From: Euprymna scolopes
Lineage: Eukaryota
Assembly: GCA_053919585.1 (NCBI GenBank)
Contig: CM132797.1
Length of the DNA: 64,000 nucleotides
Direction: 5' to 3' (one strand)
Each line of letters begins with the position of its first letter. Position 1 is the stretch's first letter. The notes beneath the pieces were generated by a model. The model did not search any database. It had not been told where the DNA came from and was given only the letters and a program-made list of their open reading frames with translations. The translations under genes and the position numbers were made by a program. Below, in pieces: positions 12,571-24,979 of this stretch.

Positions 12571-15233
12571 CCAGCCTGTTCGCTGTCTATAGGCACAAAT
12601 AGACAAAAATATAACCCTATGGTTTTGTGTATAACAAGGTTGTTACAACGACGATTCTATAGCGCTGATAGAATTGCGTGGCCGTATGGTGACCAAACCA
12701 AATTGTTTCTGAAATGAATACATTCCGGTCAAATACATTCCCCTGATTATTTGGTAAGCGATTTAGTTCAGCTGGTCACTACAACACTTTCAAAGCCTAT
12801 AAAATATGGAGTAGACTAATGGACAGCACAGTGAAAAAAAACGGAATGCAAGCGTGAAAGTTAAAGTTTATAGCAACTTTATTATAAAAAGAGGGGGCAG
12901 TGAGATAAAAAAAAAATCATGGGAATGGAAAGAATCTTACGATAATGTTTTTAAAAAAAAAAAAAAGGTTGAGCGAAAAATATCAACAAACAAAAAAGGC
13001 AAAACAAAATGAAAGTGAGGAGGGGGGGGTTAGATCTACAATTAATTTCTCTTTGTTTGCATTTGCGTTTGTTTGATTTTGATCATTTTTTTTTTTTTTC
13101 GGTACTTGTGCAGTTTACCAAAGACATTAAACAATGAAAATATAGAAATAATAAATTTGAAATAAAAAATATATTGTATGTACTTTTGGTCAAAACTACC
13201 CGCAGGAGAGAATTATTTTTTTTCCTTTCTTTGTTTCGCCCCTTGATTCTAAAAATAAAATTGACGAAATCGTATTCTAATTTTTTTTAATTATGTGTCA
13301 ACGGTCTAATAGAATATCATTAAAGAAGGAATTCTTAAAAAATTATAAAAATTTAACATTTTAGAAGGGGGATCAATTTCGTATATAAATTTATGGTAAA
13401 ATGAGCACCTAGTTCTTGGCCACCTAGCGGTCAACGACACATGTAATTCGTTAGCATTTTTTTTTAATTATGGCAGAGGTTTGGAGGCACACGATAAAAC
13501 ATTAACAAACATGATAAATTCAATTTTTTTTTTGGGGGGGGGATAAAAGTGACCAGGTTGAATTGCTGAAAAAAAAAACATGCAGAAGTTCCAAACAATT
13601 TTAGGGGGCTTTTCTTTTTCTTTTTCTTTTTTTTTATTAATACGACCACATGTATTACGCCTTTTGGGAGGTAGAGACTGCCAAACGATTGTGAAGATTG
13701 GGCCCGCATGTTTCCGTGACGTCAGATTTGTGTTAACTATACGAACTATGGAAAAGCAGAAGCGACATAATGTTTTTTTAAAACCTGTTAATCTACTCCA
13801 AACTGCAATTAATAATTAATCTTTGTTATAATTTTGTTAGGTGTTAAGATTTACACAGTTTAATGATTAATAATATTATACACATTTGTATATTAAATCT
13901 GAAATACGGTTTTACTGAATGTTCTTTTGGTTACCTACGGGGTTCGATATTTTGTTCGGTAAAAAGAGACAAACAAAATATGAGGGGGGGGGGCTACAAA
14001 ATGCTTAATATTTGTGCAATATTTTGAAATTGGTTTTAATCTGGCGATAAAATAGCTGACAAGAGTCATGTTTATATTAAAACTTAATATTCAAAAAAAA
14101 TTTAAACACAATTAAAAATCTATGTTGTAACAGAACATTTTGAAATAATGAAATTTTAATCGTTTTAAAAATTAATTTTTATGAAGTTTCTTTTTCTTGG
14201 CAATTCGACTGATTATTGTATATATTAATTCGAAAAAACGCTATTAAAAAAAACATAAGTTTATATCAATTTTTTAATTGCAACTTCAAGGTAAATTTTT
14301 GCTCAGTATGTGTATTTAAATTTTTAAAAAATAAATATTTTTTACTTATTTGAACTCTTATGTTTCATAATAAATAGAAATTTCGATAGATTTAAATATA
14401 TTTTGTTCAAATTTTGAAAAAATAAAGGGGGGGGCACGCACTAAAAAAATATTTCCCCTCATATATTTTACGAAAACTGCATTTTATATGTAATTTCATT
14501 CTAAAATGGATAAGTATCGAAAATTTCACGAAAATCTAACTATTAGTTGATTTTTGCTAGATTTATTAAATACGGGTATGGGTTCACGTTCGGAATGTCT
14601 ACTACTGTGAGAATTAATTGTCTCACACGCTTTAGAACTTGGCAGAGTACAGAAAAAGGACAATGGATGAAAGCAAGTCTTACCTGCGATGACGAATTTC
14701 AGCCTTCTTGGTAGGTTTGCGAAAAATATGCCCAATTTCTCGCGTCTCTGAGAGTCTGGTAGTTTTGCAGAGTTAAATTGCTTCTCTTCGGAGAAGCTAG
14801 TAAAAGGGAACAGAAACCATTTAATTATGGTATCTGGAAGAATAAAACTCCATAAACGGAGCTGAACTATTTTAGTTCTAGTAAAGACGATATTTGTCTA
14901 AAAAATTCCTATCACAATAGGAGTAAATACTTGGTTAAAGGAAAAAGGGGGGTGATGCTCCAAGCACAGTTGACCTCGAGGCTGTGCTTTTTAGGGAGAC
15001 ACTTATTTTAACGTCTACACTCGAGTAGAGTTTTTAGCAAAGAGAGCAAAAATGTTTTTTTGTTTTAAAACTGCGCGCGCAGGAAGTTTTTAGCGGTCCA
15101 ATGAAAGTCCCTGAAAGAGAAATCATGGCTTCAGTGCCACAACCAATAAGGCTCGCCCTTCCATGTACAATTTCCAACAATAAAGGCAATATTATCTTTT
15201 AAAATATTATTCTCTGTATAATGTCTTTATCCC

Positions 15234-15283
15234 CCTCTTCTGATGAAAAGCGTTTCGCTTCGAAATGCCATAGCCTAAAGAGG
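15234..15283 (+). ncRNA. Type I hammerhead ribozyme-like motif (degenerate)
   Basis: CCTCTT-CTGATGA-A-AAGCG-TTT-CGCTT-C-GAAA-TGC-CATA-GCC-TA-AAGAGG: core boxes, 6-bp stem I, 5-bp stem II and short stem III. Two closing pairs are mismatched. Confidence 0.55.
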
Positions 15284-15379
15284 TTTCCCTATCCCTAAAT
15301 ATTGTATTCTATTTTGAATTGATAGCATAATAAAATTTAATTGTAAACTTTTTATCCCTTTGTTATCTAAACTTATTCT

Positions 15380-15680
15380 ATAAAGCTGGTTGAGTTTATA
15401 TGTGAGTATATTTATCATACAAGTGAATGTTAAGCGTCGAAAATGATATACATGAAAAGTAATTATAAAATGCTGAATAAGTGTGGGAGGCTGGTATATG
15501 GATCTGCAAAATAGATTTTCACATAGGGTCAAGGAGTCCGGAGTTGGAGTTGAAAATATTAAAGGAGTTGAGTCGGCATCCTAGTAATTCTAGGAGTCTG
15601 AGTCAGGCTTTAACCATCCGACCCTGCAACCCTGCTTGTAGGTCAGTAACAATGACACTTGGCTTTACCTGAATCCTCTT
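15380..15680. repeat. Dispersed repeat, inverted copy at ~43100-43410
   Basis: tctgcaaaatagattttc, tatgtgagtatatttat and acaagtgaatgttaagc are present as reverse complements at 43250-43405. Confidence 0.7.
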
Positions 15681-16374
15681 GGCTCTTTGAGCTGTAACCT
15701 CCCTGAGCTTCCTCAGGTGATCAATCACCAAGGGGCTGAAAATTTTTCGAGGTGACTCAGCTGGTGTTTCCTTTTTCAGTTTCGCTATTATGCGATTTCT
15801 GTCCAATGGGTAAATGCCACATGCCTAAAATCACTTTAAGCAGTTCCGAAAAATTTCCCATCCTGTCTAGTAGGTTATAAAGCAGACCTGAAAATGCATG
15901 TTTTGGTATGTTGCAGTATAATGCTTCCCTTGCCCCTTTTTTTTCAGTGTTTGAACAATACACAAGGAAGATTAAAAGAGAAATCGATTAAATTCTTACA
16001 TCGTTCATTGATAATAATTATAAGGAGAGTATTTACCCTAGTTCGCCTGCCTGGCCGTGTACAATTTAAACTTTGCGGTCTTCTCCCATTCGACCAGTCG
16101 CCGTCGTGTCTGCCATTAAGGATTGCACCTTCTCCTCCCAGACCGATCCCGCAGAAAGCAGGTTGGTCACGTGGCCGTTCAATTTAAAACACGGATTGTT
16201 CAGCTCATTTCTAACCTATGTTTCAACTAAGAAGCAAAAATAAAATAAGTGATATTTTTTCAAGGAAGGGACCCCCCCCCTCCCCTTTATTCTTTGAATT
16301 ACCGTTCACATTTTATTTTTTTAATGTGGCTCGCCACTGAGCAGTAGCTGCCGGCAGTTACACAGCAAGTCTTT

Positions 16375-17153
16375 TGATCCAGTCAGTGAATAAGTAGTTA
16401 TCAAACCAACCAGATTTACTTCTGTTATATATGGCATGGACTGGACCACCTAGAACCTAATTATCCATGAGGCATTCACCTTTATAAACAACATAAGGTG
16501 TCAGCACACTTCCACTGGCAGAACAAGCAAACATAACCGATATGGAAGTCTTTGAAACATTCATTACCCTTTCAGCATGCTTATTACCCTTTCTAAAAAT
16601 TAGTTTTTTCCCTTAGGGTTATTATCCAAATTAGTTTCATCATAATTGACAACGTTTTCAGGTGGAATACCCTTAAGAGACGCACTAAGATTATCAAAAA
16701 AAGTTACCCACTTTACTTACACTAACTGCTGCCCGCTTCCTGCCAATATTTTGACAAACACGATGTGTCAGTTGAATATGTCTTTTCATAAATCCATCCA
16801 CCCAATCCATCCCAGGCAAATTGTCTGTAAATTCGACTACATTCCTACCAGCTTTATCTAAATAGGATTTAACAAAATAACGTAATTCAGTCTTGTCAAA
16901 AACATACCCAAAGTCACTAAGGGCAGCAGTATGACTTGCTATACAATCCTCTTCCTCTGGAAGCAAGGCTCGTGGTCTTCCAGTAACATTACTTTGCCGA
17001 GCACCACTAATCCTGTCACGTAATAATCTCCCGGGTATGCCCATTGTTGATTGACTCGTCCCCAGACCCCCTCCTTAATGCCTCTTCAAAAGCCTCATCT
17101 GTATACGGCTTTTCTCTCACTGTGCTGTGACGGGGCTTGTAATTCCGCACCAT
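16375..17153 (-). pseudogene. pogo/Tigger-like transposase relic (HTH, CENP-B HTH, DDE_1 start)
   Basis: MVRNYK...GRPRALLPEEE...PGMDWVDGFMKRH; YDETNL; ISVMFACSASG..LTPYVVYKG; SKSGWFD. Confidence 0.85.
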
Positions 17154-18290
17154 TTTAGTGGTTATGACTCAAATTTTCTTGAAAAAACACTTTAGAAATT
17201 TCTTCGTTTAATTATTATAATACATGCATTATTATCATGATGTAAAAATGGCACAATCACCCATACAAAGATGGTGCAGTTACATATCGGTCATTAGACA
17301 ATATATGCTTCAGGCTGTTATCTCAAATGTTTGCCGGAACATACCTTATACTGACCAGAACAAGTGATAGTTTTTTGAAGTATGCAGCTTTATTCATATC
17401 TCATCAGAGCTTAGCGTTTGCAGCTAATAATAATGTTGCAAAAAAAAACACAGAAAAGTTTCCTCAAAATAGAATACATAAAATTCATGGACCACAATGA
17501 AAATTAGGGATTCTGGAGAAAAATGACTTGTAATATAATTCCAAGTGGCTATATTTTGATAACTGCTCAAATTTTTGGCAACAGCACATATAAAGAGCAT
17601 TTTAAGTTAGTTGGCGCAATTGCCCCAGACTTGGTACAATTACCCCAAAGTATGGTAGGTTTTTGTGATTTTTTACAGAGGAAAATCAAATTTTAATGAG
17701 ATCAATCGTATCACAGCCATCTTGGCTATTTCCGTGGATAAAGTGTGGGGGGGGGGGGCAGGAGATGAAACTCCATCACCGCTTAAAGTTTGTCAAAATT
17801 TGATGAGATTATTTTGAAACATGGACAGAAAAAAAATACCTCGATAAATATTTGAGTTTTTTTTGTTTTGTTTTTTTTCACTTATTTTACAGAATTTCTT
17901 TTTTTAATTCCTTTTTCATTTTGTCCCCTTTTTTTTTTCTATTTTCGTTTTGTTAACCTACGATATGAAAAAAAACAAAACAAAAAAGCAGTAAAATTAG
18001 AACAGAAGTGAACATAAAAATTGAACGAGGAATATTTTATAAAGACAACACCAGTAAAAAATGAACGAATATGCAACCATGTTACTCTTCTACCTACCTA
18101 GATAAATATTTTAGTTTTTTTTTTACTTTCCAAAGTTTCTCTGTCCTTTTTAATACCTTTTTTTGTTTTGTTATCTTTGCTGAAAAATGCCCTTAAATAT
18201 TTTGGTAGAATGTTGGGAAGGTAACATAAGCATACTATATCAGATACAAAACAGAATATTTTATTAAATATTCTATAAAAAGAAACAAAA

Positions 18291-18512
18291 TTAAACTGGA
18301 TACATGTCAGCTATTTGTTGAAAAAGACTTTTTAGGGGGGTTGCAGAAAACTTCTGCTGCCACTTAAACTCGGCCAAGTACAAGGTTGTCACATGTATAT
18401 GGGTACCACACTCTTTCTTGTTGGTTTTGTGGCTTCTTGCCACATTCTCAACGTGATTTGTAGTGGCACTCATTGTTGGATCCACAAAATTGTATTTATG
18501 GTTGACATGCAA
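18291..18512 (-). pseudogene. Merlin transposase C-terminal fragment
   Basis: HVNHKYNFVDP...TNHVEN...YLAEFKW...YPV*. Confidence 0.8.
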
Positions 18513-19364
18513 ATGGATTAAAAAAACAGTAAAATATTAAGAAAATGTTCTTGTAATTTGTTTCTTCCACTCAAGCAAAGAATATCATAGCGTGGCAGAA
18601 TAAAGAAGGCAAGTTCAACAACCTTGAACAACCGAAATTAATTAAAGGTCTTGGAGCCCAAACTTTTGAACAATACGCTGGTTTCATCCGTATCGTTTTG
18701 GGTCATCAAGACACCAATGAAGATTCTGAGTGAGAATGAATGACATGTCCTGTCGTGTGCCAAAAATACCTTCCATAAAATATTAAAAAAACGTTCTCCT
18801 TGTAATTTGTTTCCATTTAATTGGTGTATAAGGGACACACTGTCCACTACATTCCACCTACTATAGGTTTCTTGATAGCAGAATTGTTTTTATGACTTTG
18901 GCTTTGTTAGTTTTCGCCAGCAATCCTTGTGAAGATGCAAAGGATAATGGCAATGAACCTAAGGAATACGATAGAAATTCTTGAAGACTGCTTTTACTGA
19001 TTTTACCAATCACAACCAGCTAAAACCTTGGACTCTCCAACCCTAGTTTCAGTATTGCAGTGTTTCTTTTATTCGTTGCTTGGTATTTATCATACATTCC
19101 TCAGCGTTCATACCTAACCAACTCGAGAAGAATACGTGTAAACAAAAGCATGTGTAAAATTGCTGTGATTACAATCATACATTCCTATGTCTGCCGAGTG
19201 GTGTAAGAGACAAAATTCAGTTCTAAGTGACCTTCTGGAGATTGAAGGTTCAATGACGTAAACAACACTTTTCATTGCAAGTCACAGCCCAGTTGAGAAA
19301 CTGATCGTTCTTGTTACATAAGAGTTACGTCATAATGGCGTCTCTTTTGGTTATTGTTTATTTT

Positions 19365-19715
19365 ATGAGGCATATGGCTAAACCAACCCTGCAGATGTTG
19401 AACGAATTGAGCTTCGAAACTCTGCCTCATTTGCCATACTCTCCAGACCTCTCACCTACCGACAAGCACTTATTCAAGCATTTTGACAACTTTCTGCATG
19501 AGTAATTCTTCAAAAGCACAAGTGATATCAAAAACTCCTTCAGCGATTTCATCGCCACCAGAACGCAAGATTTTTACGTTACTGACATAAATACACTTGT
19601 TTTGCATTGATTCCGATAGTGGTTATTTCAGTCAATAAATTTTTGTTTGAGCTGAAATATGGACATCTGAATTTAAGAGTTAAAAACCGCAAAGACTTTC
19701 TTGTCAACCTGATAT
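19365..19715 (+). mobile_element. mariner 3' fragment with terminal repeat
   Basis: LPHLPYSPDLSPTDKHLFKHF; ends ...caaagactttcttgtcaacctgata. The same end occurs inverted at 46399-46495. Confidence 0.85.
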
Positions 19716-20112
19716 GTTTTAGAATAAACATACCATTTAGCAAAGACCAGTACATGACTTTCTGTAGAGATTCGATGATAAACATCGGTTTTGTTTGTAT
19801 CACTCAGAGGGGCGATCACACTATTATATTTATTACACCGTGAATATATCTATTATATTATATATATATTTTGTATTAGTTTCTTCTGCTACGGTTACTT
19901 TGATTTCATGATCATTTATTTCATCTCGGATGCATCTATTTTTTGCAATCTACAATTAGGTTAAATTAAGAAGTCAAATCCTAACAGTGACATCAGTGAT
20001 CACGAAAATTCATTGGAAAGATCTTCACAAACACTTTTTTTTTAATTTCTAAATTTGTTCGTCCATGGCATTTTTATTTTCTCTCCACTAACACTCGAGA
20101 TAGGAACAGGAG

Positions 20113-22225
20113 TGTTGCGCGACTACGGGTGTCGATGTTAGTCCCGCAAACTCAAAAAAATGAAAATAAAGTATAAAATAAAGTTGAACAATCAAATATC
20201 ACTGAGGCTGATGAATAATTTAATACAAAATTTATTTTTTAAATATCGTAAATAAGTGCACAGAGAAGACAAAGTTTCTTCTTTGGTTGAGTCTTTTCCC
20301 ACGACTGGGGTAATGAAATGTAGAAAATGTTCCCACGACTGGGGTAATGAAATGTAGAAAATGTTCCCACGACTGGGGTAATGAAATGTAGAAAATGTTC
20401 CCACGACTGGGGTAATGAAATGTAGAAAATGTTCCCACGACTGGGGTAATGAAATGTAGAAAATGTTCCCACGACTGGGGTAATGAAATGTAGAAAATGT
20501 TCCCACGACTGGGGTAATGAAATGTAGAAAATGTTCCCACGACTGGGGTAATGAAATGTAGAAAATGTTCCCACGACTGGGGTAATGAAATGTAGAAAAT
20601 GTTCCCACGACTGGGGTAATGAAATGTAGAAAATGTTCCCACGACTGGGGTAATGAAATGTAGAAAATGTTCCCACGACTGGGGTAATGAAATGTAGAAA
20701 ATGTTCCCACGACTGGGGTAATGAAATGTAGAAAATGTTCCCACGACTGGGGTAATGAAATGTAGAAAATGTTCCCACGACTGGGGTAATGAAATGTAGA
20801 AAATGTTCCCACGACTGGGGTAATGAAATGTAGAAAATGTTCCCACGACTGGGGTAATGAAATGTAGAAAATGTTCCCACGACTGGGGTAATGAAATGTA
20901 GAAAATGTTCCCACGACTGGGGTAATGAAATGTAGAAAATGTTCCCACGACTGGGGTAATGAAATGTAGAAAATGTTCCCACGACTGGGGTAATGAAATG
21001 TAGAAAATGTTCCCACGACTGGGGTAATGAAATGTAGAAAATGTTCCCACGACTGGGGTAATGAAATGTAGAAAATGTTCCCACGACTGGGGTAATGAAA
21101 TGTAGAAAATGTTCCCACGACTGGGGTAATGAAATGTAGAAAATGTTCCCACGACTGGGGTAATGAAATGTAGAAAATGTTCCCACGACTGGGGTAATGA
21201 AATGTAGAAAATGTTCCCACGACTGGGGTAATGAAATGTAGAAAATGTTCCCACGACTGGGGTAATGAAATGTAGAAAATGTTCCCACGACTGGGGTAAT
21301 GAAATGTAGAAAATGTTCCCACGACTGGGGTAATGAAATGTAGAAAATGTTCCCACGACTGGGGTAATGAAATGTAGAAAATGTTCCCACGACTGGGGTA
21401 ATGAAATGTAGAAAATGTTCCCACGACTGGGGTAATGAAATGTAGAAAATGTTCCCACGACTGGGGTAATGAAATGTAGAAAATGTTCCCACGACTGGGG
21501 TAATGAAATGTAGAAAATGTTCCCACGACTGGGGTAATGAAATGTAGAAAATGTTCCCACGACTGGGGTAATGAAATGTAGAAAATGTTCCCACGACTGG
21601 GGTAATGAAATGTAGAAAATGTTCCCACGACTGGGGTAATGAAATGTAGAAAATGTTCCCACGACTGGGGTAATGAAATGTAGAAAATGTTCCCACGACT
21701 GGGGTAATGAAATGTAGAAAATGTTCCCACGACTGGGGTAATGAAATGTAGAAAATGTTCCCACGACTGGGGTAATGAAATGTAGAAAATGTTCCCACGA
21801 CTGGGGTAATGAAATGTAGAAAATGTTCCCACGACTGGGGTAATGAAATGAATAAAGTGGAAAAAATGAAAGTTCTCGGTTAGAAATAACCAGTCTTTTT
21901 TTTAGGAATGATTAACCAATATAAAAGTCCATTTTTTTACTTTAGCAGAGAGATAGAAAAGGGTATAAAATCCATTTCCGTCGAAAATTATCGTTTGCAT
22001 GCACGTTTAACGTCCCGTGGACGGAGTCGATGATCATCTCTATAGCATGCTGGTTGGGGGTCAACTAATTGGTTTTGGTGCAAAACGCACTATTTATAGA
22101 TTTCAAGCCGGCTCCACAAACACTGTCAGAAAAAAATATTTTTGAAATTTGTTTTCTTCATAGTCCGAATGGATGAAAAATAAATCTTTGTGATGCAAGA
22201 TGCTTTCAAAGACGTCCGCATTAAA
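20113..22225 (-). repeat. Gypsy-type LTR hosting the minisatellite (right boundary approximate)
   Basis: Starts TGTTGCG. Flanks align to 28190-28209 + 42792-43078 and to ~51840-52240, the last being adjacent to a tRNA-Trp-like PBS. Confidence 0.6.
20296..21850. repeat. Perfect 34-bp minisatellite, 45 full units plus 25 bp
   Basis: Unit TTCCCACGACTGGGGTAATGAAATGTAGAAAATG; 1555 bp; no variant unit seen by eye. Confidence 0.98.
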
Positions 22226-22756
22226 AGGCCGAGTTTAGTTTATATGCCCAAAGAATTTGCGTCGGTGTAGAAAGGCGATGTGCACGCAGCTGAAATGATC
22301 TCTGAAATAGGTACGTATTTAGATTGTCTTCCTGATTTCGTACGAATGACTGGCCAGGTTTCTTCTTCAGCTATCTGTGTCGACAGGTTCGTTTGGAAGA
22401 AATCCTCTTCGATCCAGGTGGGTTTAATGCAATCGATAGAGACTGTGTCTTTGTTGTTGTTCCGCATTATTGTGAAGTATTTCTTGGCCCCGCTGTAAAA
22501 CTTTGAAGGGACCCTGGTAATTTAGTGTGAGTGGTGTGTTAACTGTATCATTTCTGATGAAAATGAATTCGCTTTTCTCCAAGTTTGGAGGCAAATATGA
22601 TCAGGATTCCTGCTAGCGCGGAGGGGTGTATGTAAGTTTCGCCAAATGAACTTGTTGGGGTTGGAGCGTTGTTCTGGGAAGTGTGGAAATATTGGCCCGG
22701 TAGGGAGAGAGGCATCCTGTACACTGGGCAAGATCAGTAGACCAGGAAACCTTAAA

Positions 22757-24979
22757 AATAACTGACAAGTATGAATAAGAATAAACCATAAATTTATTTG
22801 TAAAAAAATATTTAAGGAAGCACGTAAAACAGTACAGTTTACTTAAAATTCAGTGAGATGGGTGTGCCTGCATTTTGGAAGCCAACTCCTTTGTGTCAAT
22901 GTCAACTGAGGTTAAGGTTAAACGAAGGCAGAGATGTTTGCTTAAGTAGATTCCTCTCTTTGGATTTAATCGACTTCATTGCGGAAAATGCTGCTTCACA
23001 AAGGTAGGTACTGTCAAACATTGACAGCAAGTGCAATCCAAAACGGCGTAAATTAGGATAATGCTTTTCAGAAAGAAGAGGCCAAAATTGAGTGATTGGT
23101 AGTGTAGCTTTGCTTAATAAAAACTGGTCACTTTGCAAGTCACACAATTCAAGCTGCAAATCTTCATCGGCTTCTGATATAGTTATAGTCAGTGGAGCAT
23201 TGAATACATTGAAGTTTTTCTCAAGGTGCTGGAAATCTTGAAATCGCTTGTTGAAGTCTTCAATCAGGGTATCAAGAGTTTCAACAAAGCAGCAGAAGTT
23301 ATTGTCCTCTATTTCTTTAGAAATAACATCACAACTTGGAAAGTGAATCAGAATGTTACTTTGCAGATTACTTTTGAAGAGACTTAATTTTTTGCGGAAG
23401 CCATCTATGAAACCATACAGAGAAACAATTGTTTGATTCCTACCCTGTAAACTTAAATTGAGCTTATTCAGATGCTGAGTAATATCCGTGAGGAATGCTA
23501 GACCTTTCAGAAAGTTGACGTCTTGCAATAAACCTTTAAATCCATCAGTGTCTGCATTCAGTTCTTCTAAAAAGTTTAGAATCTCATTACGCAAACTGAA
23601 GAATTGCTGCAGACATTTCCCAGCACTAAGCCAACGAACAGTAGAATGGAGTGAAACGTCAGAAAATTCTGTATCTAAATCTTTCAAGAAATCAACAAAT
23701 AGACGATGCCTCAGTGCTTTATTACCGCCTCTAATGAAATTAATAATTCTCATTACATGCTGCATTACATCAGATAAACGTATACATCGACTAGATAACG
23801 ATTCTTGATGAATAATGCAATGAAACATTGGGCAGTCGACTCCAGCATCTCTCAAGTACGCTATAACCCCTCTTTTAGCTCCAGTCATTGATTTGGCACC
23901 ATCTGTAACGATGCAAGAGCATTTCTGAAATCCACCATACTTGCTCACTAAAGAATTCAGATCCTTTTGGTAAAAAGTGGGAGTAAGCCGAGTAACTCCT
24001 CACTGACATTAAACTGTGAGTCAATACTTCTAACAAAGACAAGCACTGGCTGACATCCCTTATATCTGTGCTTTCATCAAGAGCGAGAGAAAAATAAACA
24101 CACTGCTGAATTTGATTCATGACCTTCTCCTGAACGAAATTGCTAAGCTCTTCAACACGTCTAGCAACAGTTTGATGCGAGAGTGGAATTTTTTCAAACC
24201 CAAGAGCTGCATCGTTAAAGCCCATGGCCTTTCCCATAGCTATTGCACATCGCTTAATGAGATCACCGTCAGAGAATGCCTTTTTGGATTTAGCCATCAA
24301 AAGTGATACATCATAAGAGGCTATGGTTGTAGAAGACGAAGGCTTCACTAATTGAAACATCTTTTCTTGACGCTTACGCAGGTCTCATTTGAGATCATTG
24401 AGTAGGGCTCGCCGCGCCTCACCAGTGTATTTATCATAGCCAGTGACATGAAGAGTGCTGTAGTGTCGTTGTACATTGTACTCTTTCATAGCAGATATCA
24501 TTTCATTACAAATTAAACATAAAACTCAACCACTTTGTTCTTTCACCAGAAACCTCAATTCCCAACTATCCTTGAATTGACGCCTTCATCAGAGATTTTT
24601 CTTTTCTGAGCCTTCGTAAAAAATGTGGTACTAAGTCTGAAAAGAAAAAATAGAACAGAATGTAATGGAGGATTAAGTAAAACTGAAATTATAAAGAATA
24701 ATAATAATAAATGTTTATTATTTCATCAAAATGAAAATCACAATTTAAAACAATTGTATGCTTATGATGGTGTACTACAACTATTAAAATTCTGTATACA
24801 GTACGGAATAAAGGTGTTTGAGTTGAATTATTCCAATTCAAACTCAAATAAAGTTTAGTAAAAAACCAACTTTTTTCGAAATAACTCAATAGATGTCTAA
24901 ATAATACTAATTTTTAAAAGTTTTCTAGAAGAGGCTGAGGGCCGCATGCGGCCCGCGGGCTAGGCTTTGAACAACCCTG
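22757..24979 (-). mobile_element. hAT (Buster/SPIN-like) transposon, 3' TIR lost
   Basis: 5' end on the minus strand CAGGGTTGTTCAAAG...CCCGCGGGCCGCATGCGGCCC at 24979. No left TIR; the adjacent Gypsy integrase segment is also missing. Confidence 0.85.
22850..24620 (-). pseudogene. hAT transposase (GTF2IRD2/ZBED8-like family), frameshifted
   Basis: KRKISDE...; FSLALDESTD; TDGA; HCIIHQE; VRWLS; STYLCEAAFS; ends QAHPSH*. Splice acceptor tttttcttttcag upstream (~24637). Confidence 0.9.

Noticed and set aside
20192-21832. Three 510-546 aa repeat ORFs
   Set aside because: The 34-bp unit has no stop on the minus strand and 34 is not a multiple of 3, so all three frames give the same 34-aa repeat. 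This is a by-product of the satellite.
20296-21850. CRISPR array (34-bp unit with small hairpin)
   Set aside because: Units are directly adjacent with no spacers, there are no cas genes, and the context is eukaryotic.
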